DNA of 62,987 bases, counting the filler, from Reclinomonas americana ATCC 50394 (lineage: Eukaryota), in the NCBI GenBank assembly GCA_048213135.1. It is 20 parts of 20 records of this genome, joined end to end, with 100 filler letters (N's around TTAATTAATTAA, not from the genome) between each part and the next. Parts side by side here need not be neighbours in the genome. Positions count along the whole stretch, not along the records: positions 1 to 2,574 come from AFZH01023922.1; positions 2,675 to 5,951 come from AFZH01023924.1; positions 6,052 to 7,918 come from AFZH01023925.1; positions 8,019 to 11,012 come from AFZH01023926.1; positions 11,113 to 12,790 come from AFZH01023927.1; 15 more parts are not named here. One strand, given 5' to 3'. Both the position numbers and the translations under genes were made by a program. Below, in pieces: positions 1 through 12,890 of this stretch. The stretch's first letter is position 1. The number at the start of each line of letters is the position of its first letter. Below the pieces are notes generated by a model. That model saw nothing but the letters and a program-made list of their open reading frames with translations, made no database searches and was not told the origin of the DNA.

Positions 1-2574
1 CGGAGTGTGTGCATTCGGACGCGCAGCGACGAGTCGTTTGTGACTGTGGGAAGCAGCGGCGGTCTGCGTGTGGTTGACGGCCAGCGTGTGTCGCCACTGG
101 GAACGGCGACGCCGATTGCGGCCAACAGTGTGTCGCTGACGGTGTTTGGCGTGGGTCTGCAGTCGTCGGATGTGGTGAAGCTTGTGCCGGTGGTGACGGC
201 GGGCGGTGTGGTGACGTCGTCGTGCACGAATGCGTCTGGCGGTGTGGAGGTGACGACGAGCAGTGTGAGTGTGCAGGCGGACGGATCGCAGCGAGTTGTG
301 CGTGTGGACAGTGCGATCAGCAATGGCGCGCGGTACCACGTGTGTGTGCAGTACGGTGGACAGGGTGTGTTCTACGGTCTGAGCAACGCGCAGCAGCGAC
401 GGTTCTCGGCTCTGTCTGTGTCGTCGGTGTCGCCTGCAGTGTTCAACCTGACGACTCCGAAGGATCTGACGGTGTCTGGACTGGGTCTGAGTGCCGACGA
501 TCGGTACTACGCGGTGGCACTGGGAGCCGTGTGCAACAGCAGCGGCAGCAGCTTGCTGAGCGGCAGTGTGGACTTTGACGCGCCGAGTGTGGTGACAGAC
601 AATCAGCAAGTGAGTGTGCGAGTGCGACTGTCGGGTGCGAGTGCGACGAACGGTGTGTCGTTTGTTGTGTGTGTGCAGCCTGGCGGCGAGTCGAGCAACG
701 TGTATGCGGTGAGCGTGAGTGGCAGCAGCGGTGTGTCTGCGGCAGTGGGTCTGTCTGTGAGTCCGAGCCGTGTGCCGGCGTTGAGCAGCGGCACGGTGAC
801 TGTGGTGATTAGCGGTGGCGGATTCCCTGCGGCGGGCAGCAAGGTGCTTGTTGCGGTGGTGAGCGGCACATGCAGCGGCGGCGGCAGCGCACTGGTGGTG
901 AGCGACAGCGGTCAGGGGACTGTGGTGGACGGCACGCGTGTGACGTTTGACGTGTCGACGAGTGGCGCGAGCGGCCAGTACAGTGTGTGCGTGAAGGCGA
1001 GTGCGTCGGAGGCATCGTGGCAGAGTGTGAACGGAGTGAGTGCACTGGCGATTGTGGACGGTGTGCGTGTGAGTCCGGCGGGTCTGGGAGTGCCGGTTGC
1101 TGTGTCGACGGCGCTGACGGTGAGCGGCAGCGGGTTGACGAGCAGTGATGTTGTGCGACTGGTGGAGATTGTGGGAAGTGTTGCGTCGTCGACGTGCGCG
1201 AACGTGCAGAGCGGAAGCATTGTGTCGACGAGCACGAGCAGTGCGGATGCTGGCGGAGCGTCGGTGACGGTGCAGCTGTCGAGCGAGGTGACGAGCGGAC
1301 GGCAGTACCTGGTGTGCATCCGGTTCGGTGGACAGGGAGTGTTCTACCGACTGAGCAGCAGCACGAGTGGCGATTCGGTGTTCACGGCAGTGAGTGCGAG
1401 CAGCATTTCGCCGACACAGTTCAATCTGGTGACGAGCAGCAAGACGTTGACGGTGAGCGGCAGCGGTCTGAGCATGCAAGATGTGTACTACGCGGTGCAG
1501 GTGGGCCAGAGCTGCAGCGGCACGAGCGAGGCGCGTGTGTCGCTGAGTGTGCCGAGCGAGACGACGTTTGGACAGGTGTACACGGTGATTGCGAGTGTGA
1601 GCGGCGGCAGCAGCGGCGTGTCGTTCCGCGTGTGTGTGCGTCCGAACGGGAACGCGACGGTGGCGCAAGCGGTGAGCGTTGCGGGCGGTCAGGTGGTGTC
1701 GGCGGTGACGATGAGCAGCTTCAGTCCGCCGGCGATTCCGGCTCGTGGAACTGTGGTGGTGAGCATTGGCGGCAGTGGGTTGCCGGTGGGAAGCGACACG
1801 GTTGTTGTGCGAGTTGTGAGCGGTGCGTCGTGCAGCGGTGCAGTTGGAGGTCTGGCGGTCAGCAATGTGCTGGTGGGCAGCGGCGGGACGAGTGTGAGCT
1901 TGTCGGTGGTTGCGCAGACGGCGACGGCGCCGAGCACGATGCTTGTGTGTGCGACGGCTGAGCGTGACGGCAGTGGGGCGGCTGTGAACTTTGTGCAAGT
2001 TGGCAGTGTGGGTGTTGTGCTTGCGGATGTGCGCAGTGTGTCTCCGTTGGGCATTGGAGTGTCGGTGCGACGGCGGGTGCGTCGTTCACGGTGAGTGGTG
2101 CATCGATGGATGTGAGCGATGTGCTGCGGCTTGTGCCGTTGGCGTCGCTGCCGTCGTCGTGCACGGGAGCCGACAGTGCGGCTGGGTCTGTGCTTGTGGA
2201 CCAGAGTCGTGCGGTGAACGGGGCGGCGTCGCAGTACACGGCACAGCTGTCGGCGAGCCTGGCGAGTGGCAATGTGTACCGCGTGTGTGTGCAGTTGCGA
2301 GGTGCGGGCGAGTACTACGGCATGTCGGATGCGACGGCGGATCAGGTGTCTGTTGTTGCAGCGACGGTGTGTCGCCGACGCAGTACAACTTTGCGGCGTC
2401 GCAGACGTTGGTGATTGCGGGCAGCGGTCTGGGTGTGCGCGACACGTACTATGCGGTGACGACTGGTCAGAGCTGTGTGGGGACGAAGGAGACGCGTGTG
2501 TCGATTGGCAGCGTGTCTGTGATTGTGGGCACGACGCAGGTGCGTGTGACGGTGACGATTGGCGGCGGCAGCAG
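1..2574 (+). CDS. Fragment of giant repetitive surface protein with tandem Cys-containing Ig/IPT-like domains; two apparent frameshifts (~2064, ~2365)
   Basis: ORF 7-2094, continued in other frames (2091-2360, 2365-2574). Recurrent motifs VSPxG..LTVxGxGL, YxVCxxxGGQGVFY, SPxQFN, FxVCVxP(G/N)G, (F/V)SPxx(I/V)PA. Open at both ends. Confidence 0.7.
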
Positions 2575-2674
2575 NNNNNNNNNNNNNNNNNNNNNNNNNN
2601 NNNNNNNNNNNNNNNNNNTTAATTAATTAANNNNNNNNNNNNNNNNNNNNNNNNNNNNNNNNNNNNNNNNNNNN
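2575..2674. other. Artificial contig spacer N44-TTAATTAATTAA-N44 (first of 19)
   Basis: Identical 100-bp spacers also start at 5952, 7919, 11013, 12791, 20523, 22418, 26061, 29210, 33508, 35488, 37329, 39054, 40524, 42340, 46323, 48149, 49298, 51955. The linker has stops in all six frames. Confidence 0.99.
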
Positions 2675-5600
2675 CGTTCCCCAGCCAGTTTACGACTGTT
2701 GTTTCCTCGTCGAAAGTGACGGTGGCCGCTGTCATGTCGGACAATGTCGGTCGTGCATTCCGCGTTTGTGTCCGCCCTGGTGGCAATCCTGACGACTCGC
2801 AAGCCGGCCTTGTGGCCAGTGGACAAGTCGTATCAGCTATTTCAGCAACAGCTATTGTGCCGACTGCGATTCCTGCGTTGTCTGGGCTCACTATCAGTGT
2901 GTCCGGTAGTGGTTTCCCCCTCGGCCCGTCCCTTGTTGCGGTGAAGGTTGTCAGCGATCCGTCATGCATCATCGACGGTTCGCCACTGCCTGTGACCAAT
3001 GTTTCCTCGTCAACCACCTCACTCCTGACGTTTACTGTTGATGCCTCTGCGGCTGTCGTCGGTGTGGACTTGACTGTGTGCGTTGCCGCGTCGACGGTCT
3101 TTGTTCCTGTGGGTGGGTTGGGTAACAATTTGCGTGTAGTGTCGGCCCAGTCTGTGGCTCCGTTGGGTCTTGTGGTGCCTGTTGCTGCTGGCACAACTTT
3201 GTCAATCACTGGCGGCAATTTGTCAGCAAATGACGTTGTGGCTCTGGTTGCTGTCGATGCGGCCGGCATTGTGACGTGCTCAAACTTGCCGTCTGCCACG
3301 CAGTTGACGACGGTGAATCGAACGGTGGTGAATGCTCGATTGCAAGTGCGACTGCAGGCAGCCATCGCTGCTGGTGCCACGTACCGCGTGTGTATTCAGT
3401 TTGGTGGCAGTGGTCCATTCTACGGGCTCTCAGATGTGGCACGCGACCGCTTCTCCGCCACGTCGGCCTCCGCTGTGGCTCCGTCGCAGTTCCGCTTCGT
3501 GACCACTCCATCGTTGACTGTGTCCGGCTCCGGTTTGAGTGCGCGCGATATGTTCTACGCTGTCGGTGTGACAAGCGTGTGCACATCTCCCACGCTCTCC
3601 ACTGTTGTGTTCCAGGGCGTTTCGATGACTACCTTCAACGCATTGGCTGCGACATCGTGGAGGATCACCAACAACACTGGCCAGTCTTTCCGCATCTGTC
3701 TCCAACCGGGCGGTAATCCGGATGTGACGCAAGCCATTGCTGTTGCCTCAGCAGCTGTGGTCTCTGCTGTCCAGATCGGTACCTTCTCGCCGATTGCCAT
3801 CCCGGCGGTCCCGAGCGTGTTGTTTACCATTCTTGGTGCCGGTTTCCCTGTTGGCTTGGACACTGTCACCATCAAGGTGGTGGAGGGTGTCACTTGCTCA
3901 GGGTCGGTCAATCCACTGACCGTGAGTAACATTGTGGCGTCGGATACGCAACTCGGCTTTGTGATCGACTCGACGGCTGCAATCAGTGGCATTAGTCGGT
4001 CGGTTTGTGTCGCACCTGATGGCGGTGCTGGTCAGGGAACGGACTTTGTGGCCGCTGGTGGCAGTCAGTTGCTTCGGGTGTCCGACGCGCAGGCAGTTGC
4101 ACCTCTTGGTCTCGCACTTCCGGTGCTGGTTGACTCGCAGCTGTCGGTGACTGGCGTCAATCTTAAGACTGCTGACATTGTGAAGTTGGTTCCTGTCAGC
4201 AGCAACGGTCTGACGACGTGCAACACGCTGGGAGGAGAGACGTTTACGTACTTGCCCGCTCTTGTTGGCTCCGCTCTGCGTGTGAACGTCGCTGCGACGA
4301 TCAGTGTTGGCTCTCAGTTCCTAGTGTGCATTCAGTACGCCGGTCAGGGAGTGTTTTACGGCCTCAGTGTGTCTGGAAGCGAGAGATTTTCGGCCGTGAC
4401 CGCCACTCGTATTCAGCCAGTTCAATACAACTACAGCAGTCCGTTCCGGCTGACGGTGTCTGGCGCTGGTCTCACAGACCGCGATCAGTACTTTGCTGTG
4501 GCCTCGGATCGTATCTGCAGTTCGTCTGCTGTGACCGGCATCACGGTGGCGTTCCCCGCCACGCAGGTTACATTCAATACGATGTTTGCGGTGGATGTTT
4601 CCATTCTGTCGGCGAATGTGCAGGCCTACCGTCTTTGTTTGCGGCCCGGTGGGAACCCGGACGTCGCTGCGGTCATTGATGTGGCGTCGTCACAGATTGT
4701 GTCTGCAGTCCGTGGAACGTCCTTTAGTCCAACGGCTGTTCCGCGAGTGGCTTCGGTGCTGATTACTGTCACTGGGGCCGGCTTTGTGCCGGAGAGTGTG
4801 ATCACTGTTCGCGTTGTCAGTGGCAGTTGCTCGAGCAGTTCGCTCCCTGTCACAGTGCAGCCGATCACAAGCACCTCCGCATTTGTGTTCTCTGTGGACA
4901 CGACATCAGCCACTGCTGGTGTTGCACGAACCGTCTGCGTGTCTGCTGACACATCGGCGTCGCCAGTGTTTGTGGTGGTGGGCAATGTTGGTGATCTCAG
5001 GATTGCGCAAGCGGATGCAGTCACGCCAGTTGGTCTACCGGTGCCTGTGATCGTGCAGTCGAGTCTGGTTGTTTCTGGCACTGCTCTGTCGTTGACAGAT
5101 GTTGTGCAGCTGGTGGTCGCCGTTAGCGCCACTGCGCCAACTTGCAGCCAGACCCAGGGCAGTGCAACTGTGAGCACAACCTCGACGGCAGTGGACGCCA
5201 CCAATACGAATCTCACGGTATCGTTGGCACAAGGCTTATCGACTGGTGCTGATTACCTCGTTTGTGTTCGGTTCAATGGTCAAGGTGTATTCTATCCGCT
5301 GAGCCAGTCAACGAGCAGCCGATTCTCTGCTGTTGCAACGTCGATCGTGTCACCAACACTGTATTTCCTGGACGCAATCAATCCCACTTTGGTGACAATC
5401 ACTGGTCAGGGACTTACTTCTCGTGACGGATATTTCACGGTGTTGGCTGGTCAAAATTGCCAGGGCACTCAGTTGGCCGGACTTTTGGCTGGAGCACCGT
5501 CGGTTGTCACATACGGCACGCAGGTGACTGTCGGTATCACATCTCAAGATGCTGTCGGTTATGCGTACAGCCTGTGTGTGAGACCTGGTGGCAATTCCGA

Positions 5601-5951
5601 TTTGACGCAGTCAGTGACGGTGGCGAGCGGCCAAGTGCTGTCAGCAGTGGTGCTGCAGTCTTTCTCGCCGACGGCTATTCCCGCCGTCGCCGGCATCTCT
5701 ATGACTGTGGTCGGCCAGGGCTTTGCTGCAGCGAATCCAGTGACAGTCAAGGTCGTTGAAGGCCCATGCACTGGCACATTGGAAGCTCTGCAAGTGTCTC
5801 TCGTATCCGTGGCCACCTCTACCAGAGTGTCCTTTGTTGCCGACGCCAGCGCTGCTATTGTGGGTAGAACGCGCAGCGTGTGCCTGGCTCCTGTGGGCTC
5901 CAGCACATTTAGCGTTGCGGGTTCAACAGCCGCGCTGACTGTGGTCGACGC
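2675..5951 (+). CDS. Giant repetitive surface protein fragment (same three-domain cycle)
   Basis: ~1090-codon open frame across the whole contig. Motifs YRVCIQFGGSGPFYGLS, FRICLQPGGNPD and FSPIAIPA recur about every 300 aa. Confidence 0.85.
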
Positions 5952-6051
5952 NNNNNNNNNNNNNNNNNNNNNNNNNNNNNNNNNNNNNNNNNNNNTTAAT
6001 TAATTAANNNNNNNNNNNNNNNNNNNNNNNNNNNNNNNNNNNNNNNNNNNN

Positions 6052-7918
6052 CTGCGGTGGTCTCCAATCCACGCACTGTGTGTGTCGGAGCCAGCGCGCA
6101 GTCATTGTTGGTTGCTGTTGGTGGTTCTGGTCGCCTCAGTGTGGTCGACGCGCAGACGATTTCTCCCCGTGGTCGCGCAAACTCTCTTCCGTCGGGAACT
6201 GTGTTGAGTGTCGATGGTAGTGGGCTCGCGTCCTCTGACTCCGTCCGACTTGTGGAGGTCAATGCAGCCAACACGGCGACGTGCACGAATCCGCAAGGCG
6301 GAGCTGTGGTGTCAACAACGTCTACCGGCCTTGTCGGCGCAACACTGCAGGTGTCGGTGCTGTCGAATGTCTCCGCCGGCACTGTGTTCCTCGTGTGTGT
6401 CCAGTACCGCTCACAAGGTGTCTTCTACCCGCTGAGCTCCTTGACTGCTGCGCGCTTCTCTGTGGTGTCTGTTGGTGCAGCGCAGCCTCTGCAATACCTC
6501 TTGCAGTCACCGTTCAACTTGCAGCTGTCGGGCGCCGGTTTCAGTACGCTGGACACTTACGATGTCATTGCAGCCGGTGCAACGTGTGGTGCCGCATCGC
6601 TTGGTGGCGTTTCTGCAGCAGTGCAAATGGCCACCACGTTCACGTCTGCCAGTGTTGCCGTGAGCATCAGTGGTTCAACTGGCATCTCTTTCGTTCTTTG
6701 CCTGCACCCTGGTGGCGAGCCGGCGGCCAGTCGTGGTATTCTGGTTCTCGGTGGTCAGGTGTTTTCGGCCATGTCCTTTACCGGTTTCCAGCCCGTTGCT
6801 GTGCCCGCCGTGTCGTCACTCGCGTTCACGCTGAGTGGGAACGGTTTGCCAGCTGGCGGTGTGGTGGATGTGACAGTTGCGGCCTCTCGATGTTACTTCA
6901 GTCTTTCAGTTGTTTCTCACTATTTCTATTTGTTTGTGTGTGTGTGCTCGTGTTCACAGGTGGTGCAAGGCTCTTGCAGTAATCCAACTACCTCTTTCAG
7001 TATGACCAGCGTGGCGGTACCCGCGACCGGGCGCGTCACAGGCCTGCTGGATATGACGAGTGGTTCCAGTGGTGCAACGTATACTGTGTGTGTTCGTGCG
7101 GCAGCCACTGATCTCACGGCTGTTGTCGTCGGTGGTAACAATGGCCTGACGGTTGTGGACGGTCAGTCTATTGTGCCACTGGGTTTGGCTGTGCCGGTGG
7201 TGTCGGGTACCGAGTTGACCATCAATGGCGTTGCGCTGGCATCAACCGATGTTATTCGGCTGGTGCCCGTCACCAGTGTCACAACGGCTGCGCCAGCGTG
7301 CGCTGACACGTCTGTGGCACTTAGTGACACGCTGACTACAGCGTTTGCGCGCGTATTGCCTGACGGCACGCAGCTTGTGGTGACGACTACCACTGAGCTC
7401 GTGACTGGTCGGCAGTATCGTGTGTGTATTCGGTTCCGCTCGCAGTCTGTCTTCTATCCAATGTCGACATCATCGGCGTTCTTCTCGGCTGTTGCTACCG
7501 ACGTCACTTTGTCGCCAACGCAGTACAACTACGTGCGCACAAAGACTCTGACGGTGGCTGGAGTCGGCCTCAGCGCGCAGGATCGGTACTTTGCGGTGGC
7601 CTCCACTGCTGACTGCACGGCTGCGCCGATCGCTTCGATGACCATCGGCCTCCCGCAGTTTGTCTCCGCAGACACGCAGTCTGTGTTTACGATTGCGGTG
7701 ACTCTACCGAGTGCAAACGGCTTGGCGTACCGGGTCTGTTTGCGACCTGGAGGCAATCCGTCGTCGGCAGCCTCAGTGGCCGTGGCCGGTGGCAGCGTTG
7801 TGTTCGCCATCCAAGCGAATACCTTTGCCCCTGTTGCAGTCCCAGCAATTTCCGCTGTCGTCATTAGCGTCTCTGGCAGCGGCTTCCCGGTGGGCGCTGC
7901 GCGTGTTGCTGCTTCGGT
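6052..7918 (+). CDS. Giant repetitive surface protein fragment; in-frame 84-nt intron 6876-6959
   Basis: ORF 6057-7918 with the same motifs. Removing the T-rich GTTGCG...CACAG insert restores VVDVT|VVQGSC, matching other repeats. Confidence 0.85.
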
Positions 7919-8018
7919 NNNNNNNNNNNNNNNNNNNNNNNNNNNNNNNNNNNNNNNNNNNNTTAATTAATTAANNNNNNNNNNNNNNNNNNNNNNNNNN
8001 NNNNNNNNNNNNNNNNNN

Positions 8019-8461
8019 CGAGCTGCGGAAGACGCCGTTCAGGTGGCCGATAATCTGGCGCAGGGTGCGGTAGTCTCGGCGCTGCACACAGAAGGAGAAG
8101 AAACCGGATGAGCACACGCGCGGTTCAGACCAATGTCCCTCCCCTTCTCCTCCCCTCAGCCCATGCCAAAAAAATAGGGGAAAGAAGCATACGGAGGGTT
8201 GTGGACTGACCCCGCACCCGCACTCGCCCAAGCCGCTGGACCCACGATGTATCGGAGCAGTTCGATTTGCTGTCACAGTGAACACCCGACCGCCGTCCGC
8301 CACGGCGTGATCCGTTTCACACTCGCTGCTCTTCTGCCTCAACCACTCACCGCCACTCTCAGCTCCTCAGTGCGCCCAGCGCGGCCGCCGCCGTACGCCA
8401 CCGCCGCCAAGCACGCAAACAGCGCCACGAACAACAGGAGGTTCTTGTTGACAGACATCAT
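8019..8461 (-). CDS. 5' part of a secreted protein (signal peptide), multi-exon, cut off by gap
   Basis: MMSVNKNLLLFVALFACLAAVAYG... followed by a GTGAGT donor. Further short exons QIELLRYIVGPAAWAS and RRDYRTLRQIIGHLNGVF follow CAG acceptors. Confidence 0.6.
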
Positions 8462-8897
8462 GAAGGATTGGGCTTGCTAACTCTCCACGCGACTCGAAAA
8501 CGACGACTATGCACCCAAAGTGACCAACACAACGAACAATTTTGCATGATTTTTTCCGATGCCGAAACGGACTTCTTTTGTCTCTGCGTGCGGCTCACAG
8601 CGTGTCGCCCTCCCCCCATGCATCGTGCAGGGTGCAGATGAGTGGACGAGGAGAAAGCTGAGAGGACGGCGCAGCGAATATTTTCGACGCTCGACGTTCG
8701 ATGCTCGACACAAACAAAGATGCTCCGCAGCAGCTTGTGCACGCGTGTGGGTAGTGTTGTATGACAGCAACACGCAGCACTCGGCGTCGCGCGATTTGCG
8801 GCGACGACGGCAGGGGACAATCCGCCACCATACGTACCCGACAGAAATCGCGAGCGCGTGTCGGAGAGAGAGAGAGCTGCTCGCAAAACGATCCACC

Positions 8898-11800
8898 ATG
8901 GCTGAGCGTGCAAGACTGGCTGCGGAGGCGGCACGAGAGACCGACGCCGACTGGAAGCGATGGGGTGCGTGCATCTCAATTTCGTTCTTTTGCCTCACAA
9001 ACATCGCCCTCACTCGCTCGTTCTCTGTCTTTTCTCCGCATACACAGGCCCATATGTGAGCGAGCGACAGTGGGGCACTGTGCGTGAGGATTACTCGGCG
9101 ACTGGCGATGCGTGGGGTTGCGTTTTCTTCTTCTCGATGCAATCGGCTCTCTCTTTTCGCTTTCTGTCTGGCTCACATTTGTTGCGGAAAAGGCTACATT
9201 TCGCACGATGCCTCTCGATCGCGTGCGTATCGGTGGGGCGAGGACGGCATCATGGGCTTGTGCGATCGGCAGGTGCGTGTGGCGTTTTGCCGGTCGACGA
9301 GCACGTGCGCAGTGGAGAGACTGATTTTGTGTGTGTGATGCAGGCACGCCTGTGCTTTGCGGTTGCTCTGTGGAACGAGCGCGATCCGATTCTCAAGGTA
9401 CTGCTGCTACTGCTGCTGCTGTTAACGTTGGTGCAGTCGATGCTCACTGCGCGCGCGTGTATGTGTGTCACAGGAGCGACTGTTTGGACTGACTCCACAG
9501 TTGCGATGTTCCGCGCGCCGGATTCTTCCGTCTCATCCGCGTTCCTCACTGTTCACGCGTGCACAGAGATGGGGCTCCGCACGGCGAAGACGTCAAGGAG
9601 CTGTACTACTACCTCGACTCGACTCCGACCCACAGCTACATGAAGGCGTTGTACAAGGTTTGTGGTTCAATCGTCTGTAGTCTCGTCCACCCGATCGGTG
9701 CTCACCCACCCCTGCGCAGTACCCGCAAGCTGCGTTCCCGTACCAGCACCTCATTGATGAGAACCGGCGTCGCGGACCGCGGGATCGCGAGTACGAGCTG
9801 CTGGACACGGGCATCTTTGCCGAGCGGCGCTACTTTGACGTGCAAACCGAGTACGCCAAGGCCGGCGACAACGACATTCTCATTCGTATCACGGTCACCA
9901 ACTGCGGGCCGGATGAGGCGCCCATCCACGTGCTGCCGACGCTGTGGGCACGCAACACATGGAGCTGGGGCTCGAGTGGTGAGGGTTCGTGGCCCAAACC
10001 ACAAATGGGCATGGCCTGCGAGACGCACCGCAACATTGTGGAGGCCACACATGAGTCACTCGGGCACTTTTTCTTTGCGGCCTCGCTGCACCCGTGTGGC
10101 GACCACCGAGTGCCACACTTTTTGTGGACGGAGAACGAGACGAACTGCGAGAAGCTGTTTGGTACGACCAACGAGAGTCCCTACACCAAGGACGCATTTC
10201 ATCGTTATGTTATCGACGGCGACGAGGCGGCGGTCAACACCAGCGAGATGCGTGGCACCAAGGTGGCACCGCACTATCGTGTGGTGTTGCCACCGAACGG
10301 CGGCAGCGCGGTCATAAAGGTGCACGCCTTTTTGCTTCTCTCGCTCGTGTGTGTATGTGTTCTCACAAAAATGCATTCCAGTGCCGCTTGTGGCGTGCCA
10401 AGGACTCCGGTCCTCAGGACTTTGACAGTGCATTCACGGCCGAGAGCTTCGACGGCATGTTTGAGGAGCGCATCTTTGAGGCAGACGAGTTTTTCGAGTG
10501 CCGTGTCGACCCCAACGTGGCGGCCAGCGATGCGACCGCCGACCACAGCGCTGTGTGTGTGGTGTGTATGCGATTGTCGTCGAACAGCTGCGTTTCCGTC
10601 GCTTGACGTTTCGCTCACTGTGCACAGTTGAAGAAACTCTCGGCCGATCAGCGCATTGTGTCGCGCCAGGCACTGGCCGGACTGTTGTGGACCAAGCAGT
10701 TCTACTACTACGTGGTGAAGGAGTGGCTGGAGGGCGATGCCATGCCACCACCAGCTGAGCGGCGTCGTGGGCGAAATTCAGAGTGGACACACTTGGTGCG
10801 TGCACTTTCTGTGAATCATCTGCCAGTTTTTATGCGTAGCTCATCGTTTTGCAGCACTGTCGCGACATTATTTCCATGCCCGACAAGTGGGAGTATCCGT
10901 GGCTGGCCATGGTGTGTTTTCTTGTCTGCGCGCGCGCACTCGTCAGTTCCGCTTGCTCACTACGTCGTCAGTGGGACTCGAGCTTCCACATGGCCGTGAT
11001 GGCAGTGGTGGANNNNNNNNNNNNNNNNNNNNNNNNNNNNNNNNNNNNNNNNNNNNTTAATTAATTAANNNNNNNNNNNNNNNNNNNNNNNNNNNNNNNN
11101 NNNNNNNNNNNNTCCCGACTTCGCCAAACAGCAAATGATTCTCTTCCTCCGCGAGTGGTACATGCATCCGAGTGGACAAGTTGCGCTTGCGGCACTGGGT
11201 GTTGTTGGCAGTTCCTGCATGGCTCACTGGAACACTCGTGCACAGTTGTTTGCGTACGAGTGGAATGCCGGTGACGTGAACCCGCCAACGCATGCGTGGG
11301 GCTCATGGCAAGTGTACATTCAGACTGGCGCGCCTGGTGAGCGGCGCTTGCGAGCAAACAATCGGGGAAGTCTCCCTGTTGCTAATTTGCCACACAGGGT
11401 GCCGCGATGTGGATTTCCTCGCCCGCGTGTTCCACAAGCTGCTCATCAACTTTACTTGGTGCGTCGCCATTTTTGTGGCTTCTGTAGCGACCTGTGTGCC
11501 CCCTTCCTCACGGCAGTGGCCGCAGGTGGATCAATCGCAAGGACCCGGACGGGCACAACATTTTCGGAGGTGGTTTCCTCGGTCTCGACAACATCTCCGT
11601 GTTTGACCGCTCGCGACCGCTGCCCACCGGCGGCACACTATCGCAAGCCGACGGCACGGCTTGGATGGCGTTCTATTGCACCAACATGTTGAAGATTGCA
11701 CTTGAGCTGTCGCGGAGCGATTTGGTGTACGCTGACGTGGCGTCCAAGTTTTTCGAGCACTTTGCACAGATTGCGCACGCGATCAACACGTGGGGTGGCA

Positions 11801-12790
11801 CCGGCCTGTGGGTAAGTGGTCACACATGTCGAAAGAAAGCAGTACTTGCTGATCCCCCTCTCATTCTGCTGTGCTGCTTGCTTGTAGGACGAGGAAGACG
11901 GCTTCTACTACGACCGCATTCACTTTAGTGGCACCACAATTCCACTCCGAGTGCGCTCGCTGGTCGGCCTCATTCCGTTGTTGGCGGTGGAGATGCTCGA
12001 CACGGGAGTGCTGTCGGAGATCGAGGGCTTTGGCGATCGCATGCAGTGGTTCATGAAGTACGCCGACCTGGCGCAGCACATTCAGTTCCGAGAGACTTGC
12101 GCTGCCACTGGTCGCGGACTCTACCTGCTGGCCATTCCTTCGCGGACGCAGCTGGAACGCGTGCTGGCCTACATGCTCGACGAGGACGAGTTCCTTTCGC
12201 CGTTTGGTATCCGCTCGCTGTCCAAGGTGCGTGCGCAACGAAACACACACGATCTCCAATGGAAGACTGACACCATCCGCAGTATCACGAAGCGCACCCG
12301 TACGAGTTCTCGGCCGGCAGCGAGGTCCACCGAGTCGAGTACGTGCCCGGCGAGTCCAACTCGTACCTCTTTGGCGGCAACTCGAACTGGCGCGGTCCCA
12401 TCTGGTTCCCTCTCAATCTCCTTCTCATTGATGCACTCGAGCAGTGGTACGTTGACGGCACTCTTTTTTCCTTTGCTCGTCTCGCATCTCACTCTCGCCC
12501 ACCAACGCAGGCACGTGTTCTACGAGGACGACTTGCTCGTCGACTTCCCCACTCGCAGTGGCCACAAGATGAATCTGCAGCAGGTGGCCGACGAGCTGCG
12601 TGTTCGTCTCGTGCGTCTCTTCCTGCCAGACCGCACCGGCCGACGTCCATGCCACGGGCGCGATCGCGTGTACACCGAGCAGCCCGACTGGAAGGGCCTC
12701 GTGCTCTTCTATGAGTACTTCCACCCCGAGACGGGCGAGGGTCTCGGCGCCAGTCATCAGACCGGATGGACGGCGGTGGTGGCTCGCCTG
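8898..12790 (+). CDS. GH63-related glycoside hydrolase (MGH1-like / yeast YMR196W-like glucosidase), ~15 short introns, last codons missing
   Basis: The spliced product has family motifs [100 protein letters not shown] and [22 protein letters not shown]. Introns include 8965-9047, 9117-9192, 9273-9343, 9398-9473, 9500-9566, 9658-9719, 10320-10381, 11180-11245. Confidence 0.92.
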
Positions 12791-12890
12791 NNNNNNNNNN
12801 NNNNNNNNNNNNNNNNNNNNNNNNNNNNNNNNNNTTAATTAATTAANNNNNNNNNNNNNNNNNNNNNNNNNNNNNNNNNNNNNNNNNNNN

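Noticed and set aside
2619..2630. TTAATTAATTAA palindrome repeated 19 times at N-runs
   Set aside because: Assembly linker with six-frame stops, not biological.
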